A DNA stretch of 63,771 nt from Fidelibacterota bacterium (GTDB taxonomy: Bacteria > Fidelibacterota > UBA2242). A model generated the notes under the pieces. The model had not been told where the DNA came from and ran no database searches. It was given only the letters and a program-made list of their open reading frames with translations. This document shows, in pieces, positions 44,222 to 52,970 of this stretch. The position numbers and the translations under genes were made by a program. Each line of letters opens with the position of its first letter. Position 1 is the stretch's first letter. The stretch covers positions 1-63,771 of the forward strand of contig JBNGDF010000004.1 in NCBI GenBank assembly GCA_049975265.1. Reading direction: 5' to 3'.

Positions 44222-45394
44222 TTGAAAACGAATATTTCGAACAGTATAAGGGCAGTAACGGTTGCTGCCCTTTTGTCATTGATTGCCCAGCGGCTTCCCG
44301 CCAAAGAGCCACAGCGGATGGGAATGTGGGTCGTCCGCGATCAGATTCGTACCTCTGAATCTATCGATAAAATTATCGATTTTGCCAAACGTAATCATTT
44401 TACCGATCTGTTTGTTCAGGTTCGCGGGCGTGGCGATGCCCTCTATCGTTCTGCGTTTGTGCCAAAAGCGGAAAATATGAAGTCGGGGAATTTCGATCCG
44501 CTTCAATATTTTTTGGATCATGCTCATCCCCATAGTATAAAAGTGCATGCCTGGCTGAATACCTATCTAATCTGGTCGTCCGATGACAAGCCTCAGGATA
44601 AAAACCATCTGCTCTATAAACATCCGGAATGGGCATCGGTGGATGCCGATGGAATCAGGGATATGGACCGTAAAGCCCGGGATTTCCGGAGAATCAATAC
44701 CGAAGGAATCTACCTCTCACCGCTGGTGCCCGAAGTGAATGCATACCTTGTCCGGGTCATCGGAGAAATCGTCGCAAAGTACAATGTCGATGGCATTCAT
44801 CTCGACTATGTCCGTTATCCTAAAAATTGCTACGATTACAATGAGATCGGGCGGAAACGCTTTAAAGAGATCTATGCCGTGGACCCGATTCTATTGTCCA
44901 TTTCCGACAAATCATTTTTTACGGGGATGGAGCTGAAAACCATTGAGACACTGATGGAAAAGTGGGCTGATTTCCGAAGAGATGCCATCACCGAACTGGT
45001 GGTGGACCTGCAGAGTACAATTGACACGACCCGCAAACCGATTCTACTGAGTGCAGCGGTGAAACCCGATATCTTTGAAGCCCGGAACCATTTTTATCAG
45101 GACTGGGATAAATGGCTCAAGCTGGAGTATCTGGATTTTGCGGTGCCGATGAATTATACCGCCGATGCCGAACAGTTTGAAGAAATTCTTCGCCGTATCG
45201 ATCCGGTGATTCCCAGAGAGAAAATCTGGGTGGGGATCGGCGTTTACAACCAGGGGCGCTATGAAGCCCTGACGAAAATTATGATCAGCTATGCCAACGG
45301 CTACGACCGACTGGTATTTTTCTCCTATAAATCTCTCGCCGGTCAACCCAACTATTTTCCCACTTTACGCAAAGCCTTTTATATCAACCGGTAG
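44222..45394 (+). CDS. Secreted glycoside hydrolase-like family 10 protein (GHL10/DUF187, YddW/DigH-like)
   Basis: GMWVVR, FVQVRGRGDALYRS, FDPL, VHAWLN, DGIHLDYVRYP, QDW..W, PMNY. The start probably lies at TTG 44222 (signal-peptide-like sequence follows); the ORF-track start overlaps rplQ. Confidence 0.85.
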   Translation: MKTNISNSIRAVTVAALLSLIAQRLPAKEPQRMGMWVVRDQIRTSESIDKIIDFAKRNHFTDLFVQVRGRGDALYRSAFVPKAENMKSGNFDPLQYFLDHAHPHSIKVHAWLNTYLIWSSDDKPQDKNHLLYKHPEWASVDADGIRDMDRKARDFRRINTEGIYLSPLVPEVNAYLVRVIGEIVAKYNVDGIHLDYVRYPKNCYDYNEIGRKRFKEIYAVDPILLSISDKSFFTGMELKTIETLMEKWADFRRDAITELVVDLQSTIDTTRKPILLSAAVKPDIFEARNHFYQDWDKWLKLEYLDFAVPMNYTADAEQFEEILRRIDPVIPREKIWVGIGVYNQGRYEALTKIMISYANGYDRLVFFSYKSLAGQPNYFPTLRKAFYINR

Positions 45395-45467
45395 TGACCG
45401 TTTCGGAACATAAACTGTCCGAAAATTCCGGGACTGTTGACACCGCTGTGTAAACGGGCGTGTTGTA

Positions 45468-45495
45468 TTGACTTATCCTTTTTTATTATTAAATT
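45468..45495 (+). promoter_or_regulatory. Possible sigma70 promoter for the CARF gene
   Basis: TTGACT-16 bp-TAAATT in an AT-rich gap about 50 nt before the start codon. Confidence 0.4.
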
Positions 45496-45546
45496 AACTT
45501 AAACATGACATTAATTGTTATTTTTAGATAAACTTGGGGATTGGGT

Positions 45547-46626
45547 ATGGCATTAATGGAAGTCTGTTTCGTGGACAATTCACCACTCGCCGCCTATCTC
45601 GGCGTAATATTGCGAAAACCGGATTCGGTTGTTTGGCTGCGGCGGCATGATCAGAAAAAAATCGTGAGTCAGCTGGAAAACACTCTTGCTGGACAGTTGT
45701 CAGCCAGCTACGAAAGCCGGGAAGTGAAAAACGACCTGGATGAATTTTCCGAGCAGTGCCGGAAAATTATCCGGGATTATCCCGAGCATGAAATCATTTT
45801 TAATGCCAGCGGTGGTGATCGGCTGCGTATGCTGATTGCCGCCGATATTTTCCGCAAAGCCGGGAAAGAGATTTTCTATGTGGATACGGCTCATTCGCGA
45901 CTCATCAATGTCGATTCGGAAGAGAAAAAAACCTTTCAGCTGAGCCTTACGGTCAATGAATATGCTGCTATCCACGGAGTCGAGATCGAATCGGGTGTTC
46001 GCTACGATCCGGATATCGGTAAACGCAGTGGTCTCTCCTATTTTATCGGTAACAACCTCGATGAGGTGATCCCTTTCATAGATTCCATCCGACCAGAGTG
46101 GATCAATATGGGTGAGGAAAAACAGGATATTCAATGGCGGATGAACGGACAATACCACCGCTTTGTGATCAGCTATGAAGCTGCCAGTAAAAAGATGCGT
46201 TTCCGCTTTGGTACCGAGGAAAAACCCAAAACTGTTGAGATAGCCGAAAATTGCGGTGATTTCATCTTTAACGGCGGCTGGCTGCGAGAGCTGGTCTTTT
46301 TAAGGGTTCACCGCAGCCAGTACGACGATGTGCGCATGGATATCCGTTTAAATCGGGAGTCGCTGCCGGATGGTGTGCGGGCGGAATCAATGCTGGATAT
46401 CGCTATGATGAAGGGGTGCCATTTTTATATCTTCCAATGCTTCTCCTATCCCATTACCCGCGAGTCGTTTATTGAACTAAAGGCGGTTCAGCACAGCGTC
46501 CAGCTGCTCAATGCCACCGGTTTTATCTTTCTGGCGCACCGACCACATCGTGGATTTATTGAGCGCGCCAAAGATTACGGTTTAAACATCATTTACGGGC
46601 GCCGAATTCCCAATTTTACCCTTTAG
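45547..46626 (+). CDS. Card1/Can2 (DUF1887)-like CARF domain protein with a degenerate PD-(D/E)xK nuclease domain
   Basis: CARF-like N-terminus with IIFNASGGDR...IFYVDT, linker LTVNEYAAIHG, FNGGWLRELVF, and C-terminal MLDIAMM....YIFQC. ATG 45547 follows GGGGA. Confidence 0.72.
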   Translation: MALMEVCFVDNSPLAAYLGVILRKPDSVVWLRRHDQKKIVSQLENTLAGQLSASYESREVKNDLDEFSEQCRKIIRDYPEHEIIFNASGGDRLRMLIAADIFRKAGKEIFYVDTAHSRLINVDSEEKKTFQLSLTVNEYAAIHGVEIESGVRYDPDIGKRSGLSYFIGNNLDEVIPFIDSIRPEWINMGEEKQDIQWRMNGQYHRFVISYEAASKKMRFRFGTEEKPKTVEIAENCGDFIFNGGWLRELVFLRVHRSQYDDVRMDIRLNRESLPDGVRAESMLDIAMMKGCHFYIFQCFSYPITRESFIELKAVQHSVQLLNATGFIFLAHRPHRGFIERAKDYGLNIIYGRRIPNFTL

Positions 46627-46628
46627 CC

Positions 46629-47492
46629 TTATTTTGCCAGGGCAATGCAGGTGGCACCCACCAGAATGATAATGCCACCCATGAGACGTTCGCGGATATT
46701 GGTCTCTTTGAACAGAACCGCGCCGTAAATTATCGCAAACAGCAAACTCAGACGTTTGATTGATATCATATACGCCACCTGGATCATACCGATTGCGGAA
46801 AAATGAGCGACAGCCATTAGCGCCATCGCCAGCCCTATACCCAGTTTCTGTTTCGGATATTGAAGCAAGGTATGCATATTCCGGCGTTCGGTGAACAGTA
46901 CAATCAGTGAAAATCCGGCTGCCAGCAAGGAAAAATAGACGATGGTCATAAACAGGGGTGAGGATTTGATAATGGCGACTTTCCCATAGGTGGCGGTAAC
47001 TGAATAAAGAAGCGCTACAATTAGCATATAAAGTGAGCCGCGGTTTTTGAAAATTGCCAGCCAGGGTTCAAAAAAACCAAATTTAGCCCGGTCGATCTGG
47101 AGGGTATAGGTTCCAACGGAAACCAGCAGGACACCGATGATACCGAGGAGCGAAAGTTTTTCGCCGAGTACAAGTGCCGGGATAAGCAGTAAAAATATCG
47201 GCGACAGCCCGAGGTAGGGAATCGTCAGCGACAGTGGGGCGATCTGGATGGCGCGCATGTACAGAAACGTGGTGATCAGATCAAGTACCACCAACAGCAT
47301 CATTGCCGACCAGAATCCGGGCTGAATTTCCGGGATATTGATCAAAAAAAGCAATGGCAATAGAAACGGTAGCGCATAAAATTCCCGGACCCAGGCGAGT
47401 ACAATCGCCGGTGTGCGGGTTGCCTCTTTTTTAGATAATGCATCGGCGGTGGCAAAGAAAAAGCCGGATAAGACACTGATAAAATACCACAT
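46629..47492 (-). CDS. EamA/DMT family transporter
   Basis: About 10 hydrophobic segments in a two-repeat arrangement; APLSLTIP, LVLGEKLS, ISIKRLS, LFKE. Confidence 0.88.
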   Translation of the reverse strand: MWYFISVLSGFFFATADALSKKEATRTPAIVLAWVREFYALPFLLPLLFLINIPEIQPGFWSAMMLLVVLDLITTFLYMRAIQIAPLSLTIPYLGLSPIFLLLIPALVLGEKLSLLGIIGVLLVSVGTYTLQIDRAKFGFFEPWLAIFKNRGSLYMLIVALLYSVTATYGKVAIIKSSPLFMTIVYFSLLAAGFSLIVLFTERRNMHTLLQYPKQKLGIGLAMALMAVAHFSAIGMIQVAYMISIKRLSLLFAIIYGAVLFKETNIRERLMGGIIILVGATCIALAK

Positions 47493-47664
47493 AATGAAAT
47501 TTTCCCCTTTGATAAAACCGCCCTGAATTTAGAATTTGAAAGCGTTGGGTACAAGCTGGGATGAACAAAAGCTTTTGCCGCTGCCGAAGCTGCTCTATTC
47601 GTGCCGGTATTTGATCGAGTAAATAAATATTCCGACCTGAAGGACTGCCGGAACAGGGTATTGA

Positions 47665-47880
47665 TTATGACAGGAAGCGAAAAGCGCTTTTTAGAATGTC
47701 TCTTCTGGAGGTGATGTTCACAACTTTACCGTTGTCTACAATCGGAACTCTCCGGAAGTGGTTTTTTGAGATAGCGCCGGCAATCTTTTCGATTGATGGC
47801 CAGGGAGAAAAGTAAACGACGTTTCGGTTCATCACCGTTTCAACGGTGGTGATTTTGACATACCCATCAAATATGAAATT
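47665..47880 (-). pseudogene. Single CBS-domain remnant, probably a truncated CBS-pair gene
   Basis: Hand translation of the minus strand: ...TTVETVMNRNVVYFSPWPSIEKIAGAISKNHFRRVPIVDNGKVVNITSRRDILKSAFRFLS*. The only ATG (47832) lies inside the domain, and there is no N-terminal CBS partner. Confidence 0.65.
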
Positions 47881-47917
47881 GAGAAAGCGTTTTGATATAG
47901 TCCTGACCCTCCCGGTA

Positions 47918-49777
47918 TCATTGGGTGGTGGTTAAATATTTGTGAATCCCGACGGCTGCGATTTTTGCATCGGCAATTGCGGTAACCGCATCCATATTAA
48001 TGTTGACAATATCTCCGCCTGCAAAAACCCTGGGAATGGTGGTCATGCCGTTTTCATCGACTTTTACTTTGCGTCTTTCGGTGAATTCGAGTTTTGCATG
48101 GAGCTCTTCGGGCAAAAATGAAAAATCGGCTCGTTGCCCGATGGCTTCGATAATCATCGTGCCTTCCAGAAATTGTTCCTGATCTTCGTAAAAAGTGGGA
48201 TGGAATCTTCCATGTTCATCAAAGACCGATCTAACCTTTTTGCACAGCAGCCCTTTAATAGTTCCCGCTTCATCCAGGACTACCTCTTTGGGCCCCCAGC
48301 CCGGATTGAATTCAATGCCCTCTTCCTGCGCTTCGCGGATTTCGGTTTCTGTCGCCGGCAGGTCTGCCCAATCCTCCAGGGATACCGTCCGGGTGATCAC
48401 CGTTTGACCGGGATACTGCATGTACTGCAGCCGCAACGCTTCGCGGGCTACATCCATAGCCACGTTTCCGCCGCCGATGACGATTACAGCGGGTGTCACT
48501 TTCCGGGGCTGGCCGATTTTATTGTCCTTCAAAAAATCCAGGGCGGGTTGACACTTTTCGGAATTTTTTACGTTGGTTGAAAAGCTGACCGTGTTTCCTA
48601 CGCCGAGAAAAACAGCGTCCATGGTTTTGATCAGTTCATCAAAATCGATGTCCCTACCTATCCGTGTGTTAAAATGGAAATCTACGCCCAGAGATCTGAT
48701 ATAGTTGACATCTTTATCCACCGCTTCGAGGGGAAGGCGGTAAGCAGGCGGACCGGTGCGGATCGCACCACCACCTCCGGGTAATTCATCATAAACGATA
48801 ACCTCATGTCCTTGCAATCTCAGAAAATAGGCTGACGACAAGCCACTCGGACCGGCACCGATAATCCCCACCTTTTTACCGGTCGGTTTACCGGGCCGGG
48901 CTTCCAGTGCTTCCTGAAAATTTTTAATCTGATCGGCGGCGTATCGTTTCAACCAGCGAATTGCCAGGGATTCTCCCCGGATATGAAGCGAACAGGCTTT
49001 TTCACAATGAGCCATACAGACGCGACCGCAGATAGAGGGAATCGGATTATCCTGAAAAATAATCTCCAGCGACTCTTTGGGGTTGTTGCGGTAAATCGCA
49101 TCGATGTAATCCGATATTTTCAGGTGTGCCGGACAAGCTTCTTCACATAGTTTACACCCCAGACAGCGACCGGCTTCTTTTCTGGCTTGCTCTTCGTCGT
49201 AGCCGATGACCTGTTCAATAAACGAGAGTTTCCGCACCTCAGGTTCAATCTCCGGCATACGTACACTCGTGGGCTCAAACAGAGCATAGCGCATATCCGG
49301 CGAGAATCCCTCATAATTTTCTCTTCGATGGCTCAGACTGGCTTGAAGAATGGAGTAATCAGCAGCGGATTTGTATACATCGGGTTCTGATGTTTCATCC
49401 TTCGGAACGAAAGTAAAGGTTTTCGGATCGAAATGGATGTGGAAAAAGTCCTTCGTCAGAGTTAGCGAACCGGGTGGACAAATGTCAACACACAAACCGC
49501 AGAAACAGCATCTGCCGTAATCAATCTGCGGTCTCTCGTTTTTGATACCTTTAGCGGGGTCTGCTTTGAGTTCAGCAATGGTGATCATTTCAATCGCTTT
49601 ATTGGGACAGATATCGGCACAATTTCCGCAACCGATGCATTTCGTCCAGTCATTTTTGTGAAAACCTCGGTAACGGTCGGCAATTTCTTTTGTTTCAAAG
49701 GGGTATCGGAGAGTCTGTGGCTTTTCGAACAGGTATTTTATGGCTTTGAATGGATTAATATAACTTGTCTTCGGCAT
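47918..49777 (-). CDS. Fusion of a NuoI/MbxN-like 2x[4Fe-4S] domain with a GltD/NfnL-like FAD/NAD(P)H oxidoreductase
   Basis: T.RYPFE...YRGFH, CIGCGNCADICP, CCFCGLCVDICP; then CLGC..CEEACP, CGRVC...CEKAC, GAGPSG, GGGNVAMD, FAGGDI. Start is ATG 49777. Confidence 0.9.
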   Translation of the reverse strand: MPKTSYINPFKAIKYLFEKPQTLRYPFETKEIADRYRGFHKNDWTKCIGCGNCADICPNKAIEMITIAELKADPAKGIKNERPQIDYGRCCFCGLCVDICPPGSLTLTKDFFHIHFDPKTFTFVPKDETSEPDVYKSAADYSILQASLSHRRENYEGFSPDMRYALFEPTSVRMPEIEPEVRKLSFIEQVIGYDEEQARKEAGRCLGCKLCEEACPAHLKISDYIDAIYRNNPKESLEIIFQDNPIPSICGRVCMAHCEKACSLHIRGESLAIRWLKRYAADQIKNFQEALEARPGKPTGKKVGIIGAGPSGLSSAYFLRLQGHEVIVYDELPGGGGAIRTGPPAYRLPLEAVDKDVNYIRSLGVDFHFNTRIGRDIDFDELIKTMDAVFLGVGNTVSFSTNVKNSEKCQPALDFLKDNKIGQPRKVTPAVIVIGGGNVAMDVAREALRLQYMQYPGQTVITRTVSLEDWADLPATETEIREAQEEGIEFNPGWGPKEVVLDEAGTIKGLLCKKVRSVFDEHGRFHPTFYEDQEQFLEGTMIIEAIGQRADFSFLPEELHAKLEFTERRKVKVDENGMTTIPRVFAGGDIVNINMDAVTAIADAKIAAVGIHKYLTTTQ

Positions 49778-49793
49778 GTTGAATCCTCTGTTT

Positions 49794-50894
49794 TTATCGG
49801 TCAATTTCCGGGGCGACAATATAGAGACTGATCATGATATTTCCCACATCGGAAACGCTCTCACCCACAAGTGCTTCTTCCAGCACGGTCAAGCCATGAT
49901 TGTAGGATGGTGTATTAAAATGAGCCCGATAAGGTTTATCACCGCCATCACTGACTATATAGAGTCCCAATTCTCCCCGTGAAGATTCGCACCTGACATA
50001 GGCTTCCCCCGCAGGAATATTCCACTTAAAAGGATTGGGCGTTTTGGTGTATACTTCACCGGTTTGGGGCAATTTATCGATCAGTTTAAAGATCATGTGT
50101 ACACTTTCGATCATATCGTCCCTAATCGTTAAAAGGCGTGAATAGGCATCGCCACCGGTTTGCGTCGGGATATCAAAATCCACCTGATCATAGGCGTCGT
50201 AGGGTTCGATTTTCCGAATGTCGTATTGCATACCGTTGGCTTTCAGGATGTGCCCGACGGCACCCATCCGCATGGCATCTTTCAGGGTGACGGTTCCAAT
50301 ACCTTCAGCGCGTTTTCTGAAAAGGCTGTTTTCAAAAAAGGTATTGTTATAGTCCGGGACCTTAGTGCCGATTTTGTGCAATGTTGCCACCAGCTTGTCG
50401 GTAAAGCCATCGGGGAAATCGCGTCTGACTCCGCCGGGACGCAGGTAAATATGATAGACCCGACCGCCGGTGAGTTCTTCAAACAGGTCCAGCAAGAGGT
50501 CACGGTGATACATTGCCCAGTTTGCGACGGTATCAAATCCCAGCATGTTGGCATAAGCCCAGAGTCCGAATAGATGCGATGAAACCCGCGCCATCTCACA
50601 GTAAATGCTTCGCAGAAACTTGCCCCTTTCCGGCAGCTCGATTCCCGCCAGTTTTTCCACCCCCATGGAGTAGATCAACTCCATATGATCGGGTTCCACG
50701 ACGTTTATCCGGCATACCAGGGGAAAATTTTGCATCCAGGTTCTCTGCTCCATCAGCTTTTCAAAACCACGGTGCAAAAATCCCGGATTGGCATGCGCCT
50801 TAACAATCCTGTCACCTTCCACATTCAGGGTAATACTGAAATTACCCACCATTCCGAGATGTTGGGGTCCGAAATATAACTCAAGTTCTCTCAT
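49794..50894 (-). CDS. nuoD: Complex I family large subunit (NuoD/MbxL-like) without NiFe ligands
   Basis: FGPQH, GFLHRGFEKL, EMARVSSHL, RPGGVRRD, ESSRGE, C-terminal EIDR. Confidence 0.88.
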   Translation of the reverse strand: MRELELYFGPQHLGMVGNFSITLNVEGDRIVKAHANPGFLHRGFEKLMEQRTWMQNFPLVCRINVVEPDHMELIYSMGVEKLAGIELPERGKFLRSIYCEMARVSSHLFGLWAYANMLGFDTVANWAMYHRDLLLDLFEELTGGRVYHIYLRPGGVRRDFPDGFTDKLVATLHKIGTKVPDYNNTFFENSLFRKRAEGIGTVTLKDAMRMGAVGHILKANGMQYDIRKIEPYDAYDQVDFDIPTQTGGDAYSRLLTIRDDMIESVHMIFKLIDKLPQTGEVYTKTPNPFKWNIPAGEAYVRCESSRGELGLYIVSDGGDKPYRAHFNTPSYNHGLTVLEEALVGESVSDVGNIMISLYIVAPEIDR

Positions 50895-51414
50895 TATCGC
50901 CCTTTTTTCTTGCTTCTATCGAGGGAATTTTTCCGAATGTGTTCTGGACATAATTATCAAGATTAAAATCTTTCCTGAAAGGCGGAATTGCATAATCCCG
51001 TTCAAGCATTAATGGCTTCAGGCGCGGGTGCCCTTCAAAGCGAATTCCAAACATTTCATGAATTTCACGTTCATAGGGCTCGGCGCTCTCGAAAAGATCG
51101 ATGATTGTAATAAATTTTGCTGTTTTTCGGGATATTCGGGTTTTGATTAGGATATTGGCTTTTTGGTTTATCTCACTTTCCACAGGGTTGCGGTGTAAAT
51201 AGGGAGAAACGATGTAAATCAGCTCAAACTCATCGGCGTCGATCCAATCATTGCAGGAAATCATGGCTAAGTGATTATAGCCCCTTTTTTTCAGATAACT
51301 TAAGAGGGATAATACACCTTCCTTTTGTATCTCGATCAGCATTCTGTCCTCGCTGGGAATGCAAATGACAATATCGGTGAAAATTGAGGTGAGCTGTTGC
51401 TTCAATTCTTGCAT
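50881..51414 (-). CDS. nuoC: Complex I family 30 kDa subunit (NuoC/MbxK-like)
   Basis: YEREIHEMFGIRFEGHP, PPFRKDF. Confidence 0.9.
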   Translation of the reverse strand: MQELKQQLTSIFTDIVICIPSEDRMLIEIQKEGVLSLLSYLKKRGYNHLAMISCNDWIDADEFELIYIVSPYLHRNPVESEINQKANILIKTRISRKTAKFITIIDLFESAEPYEREIHEMFGIRFEGHPRLKPLMLERDYAIPPFRKDFNLDNYVQNTFGKIPSIEARKKGDNERT

Positions 51415-51445
51415 ACCAAATCCTTATAGTAACAATTCGCAGGGC

Positions 51446-52000
51446 TCACGGTTGATGACATTCAAAAAGAGGCGGCCAGCCGAGGTCGCCGAACAGTTGC
51501 TCCTGATTTGCCCGGTAATGACGATAATCTGCCCGATATCGTTTGTAGCCGTCAGCTTTGTCCAGATCAATCAATTTCCAGAGATGGGTCACACCGATAA
51601 AAACGGCTTCCGGTCGGGGCATGCAACCGGCGATATAACCATCTATGGGGATATATTTGTCCAGCTGTTTAATGGTATTGTAGGAATCGTAATACATACC
51701 GCCGTTGATCGGGCAGGACCCGAACGCCACCGTGTACTTCGGTTCTGGCATCTGCTCGTAGGTCCGGATGATGGCTTTCAGCGTCTTGGTTGAGACATAA
51801 CCGGTGATAAGAAACAGATTTGCCTGGCGCGGCGTTGCCACCGGTATGATGCCGAAACGCTCTGCATCCCAGCGGGTGGTGATGGACGGCGGAATCTCGA
51901 TAATTCCGCAACCGGTACAAAAATAGACCACATGGAAGGAGTACTTGTTCGCCATTTTGCCGGGATTTTTGAGCCATTTACCTAATTGATTTCGATCCAT
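51446..52000 (-). CDS. nuoB: Complex I family Fe-S small subunit (NuoB/MbxJ-like)
   Basis: FCTGCG.IE, DAERFG, TPRQA, YEQMPEPKY, GSCPINGG, GCMPRPE. Confidence 0.92.
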   Translation of the reverse strand: MDRNQLGKWLKNPGKMANKYSFHVVYFCTGCGIIEIPPSITTRWDAERFGIIPVATPRQANLFLITGYVSTKTLKAIIRTYEQMPEPKYTVAFGSCPINGGMYYDSYNTIKQLDKYIPIDGYIAGCMPRPEAVFIGVTHLWKLIDLDKADGYKRYRADYRHYRANQEQLFGDLGWPPLFECHQP

Positions 52001-52019
52001 ATTGGTATTTTCCTTTTTT

Positions 52020-52970
52020 CTATTGAATCAGTACCACTATGAGCAGACCTGTAAAGGCGATCAATGTCGGCCATTTCCATAAATATTGCATTGCCTGCTC
52101 AATCCTGAAGCGGGGGTAGACGGCATTGATGAATAGTCCGACTATCAGGACAATCAGCATTTTTAACAGAAAGATGACAATTCCGGCGACCACCGCCCAT
52201 GGGCTTCCTGCAATGGGATTCAGCCAGCCGAACAGGTGACTTCCGCCCAGAAAAATGTCTACAAAAAGTGCCAGCCCGACAAACATGTGCAGGGCATGCT
52301 GCAATGTATAAAGCGCCAGATGTTTTCCGCCAAACTCGGCAATCGGACCCGAAGAAATTTCCTGTGGAGCGCTGACGATTTCAAAGGGTCTCACTCCCAG
52401 AATCGCCGGCAGAATCAGAAAATAGGCGATACCCGGCAGAATCAGCGCCCATGAGCTGAAAGCCCATCCGGAACTTGCCTGAATTTTGACGATTTCCACG
52501 AATGAGATTGTATTGTAATGAGTCATTACGGCAATCAGGACTAAAAGCAGGGGCACTTCATACGCCAAGGAGAGGAGAAATTTTCGTGATATTCCAATGC
52601 TTGAATTGGGGTTAGCTGACGCTCCGGCACTCAGTGCTATTCCCAGAGGATCCAGCAGCAAAAGATAGATAAAGGCGATCAGTCCTCCTGAGGTGAATAA
52701 ACACAGTTCCCCTATTGGCAGAAACAGGATTAGAACGAAATATCCGCTTAAGGACAAAATTATTCCAAAATCGAATAATGCACCGTGGGTAATGCTCATT
52801 TGACTGAACGAGCGGATGATATCTATAATCGGCTGAGTAATCGGCGGTCCGTAGCGCCAGTGAATTCTGGCGGTAATTTTTCTGGAAATTCCCAGAAAAA
52901 AAAGCCCGGTAATCAGAGATAACAGCGTTAAGATCAAACCGATGAGTAGATTCATTAAAAAATACCCCAT
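52020..52970 (-). CDS. nuoH: Complex I family membrane subunit (NuoH/MbxM-like)
   Basis: RKITARIH.R.GPP..QP..D, YEVP, RPFEI..APQEI..G...EFGG, PRFRIEQ. Confidence 0.9.
   Translation of the reverse strand: MGYFLMNLLIGLILTLLSLITGLFFLGISRKITARIHWRYGPPITQPIIDIIRSFSQMSITHGALFDFGIILSLSGYFVLILFLPIGELCLFTSGGLIAFIYLLLLDPLGIALSAGASANPNSSIGISRKFLLSLAYEVPLLLVLIAVMTHYNTISFVEIVKIQASSGWAFSSWALILPGIAYFLILPAILGVRPFEIVSAPQEISSGPIAEFGGKHLALYTLQHALHMFVGLALFVDIFLGGSHLFGWLNPIAGSPWAVVAGIVIFLLKMLIVLIVGLFINAVYPRFRIEQAMQYLWKWPTLIAFTGLLIVVLIQ

Noticed and set aside
47831..47853. CACCGT-TTCA-ACGGTG hairpin as terminator of the Mbx-like operon
   Set aside because: There is no U tract on the minus strand and it lies within the CBS-coding remnant.
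45395..47920. CRISPR array or cas locus near the CARF gene
   Set aside because: I saw no regularly spaced direct repeats or cas genes anywhere in the window.
47918..49777. Glutamate synthase small subunit (gltD) as the function
   Set aside because: There is no gltB. The domain is fused to a NuoI-like module inside a complex-I-family operon.
49794..50894. Group 4 [NiFe]-hydrogenase (Mbh/Ech) assignment
   Set aside because: Neither CxxC metal-binding motif is present and there are no maturation genes nearby.
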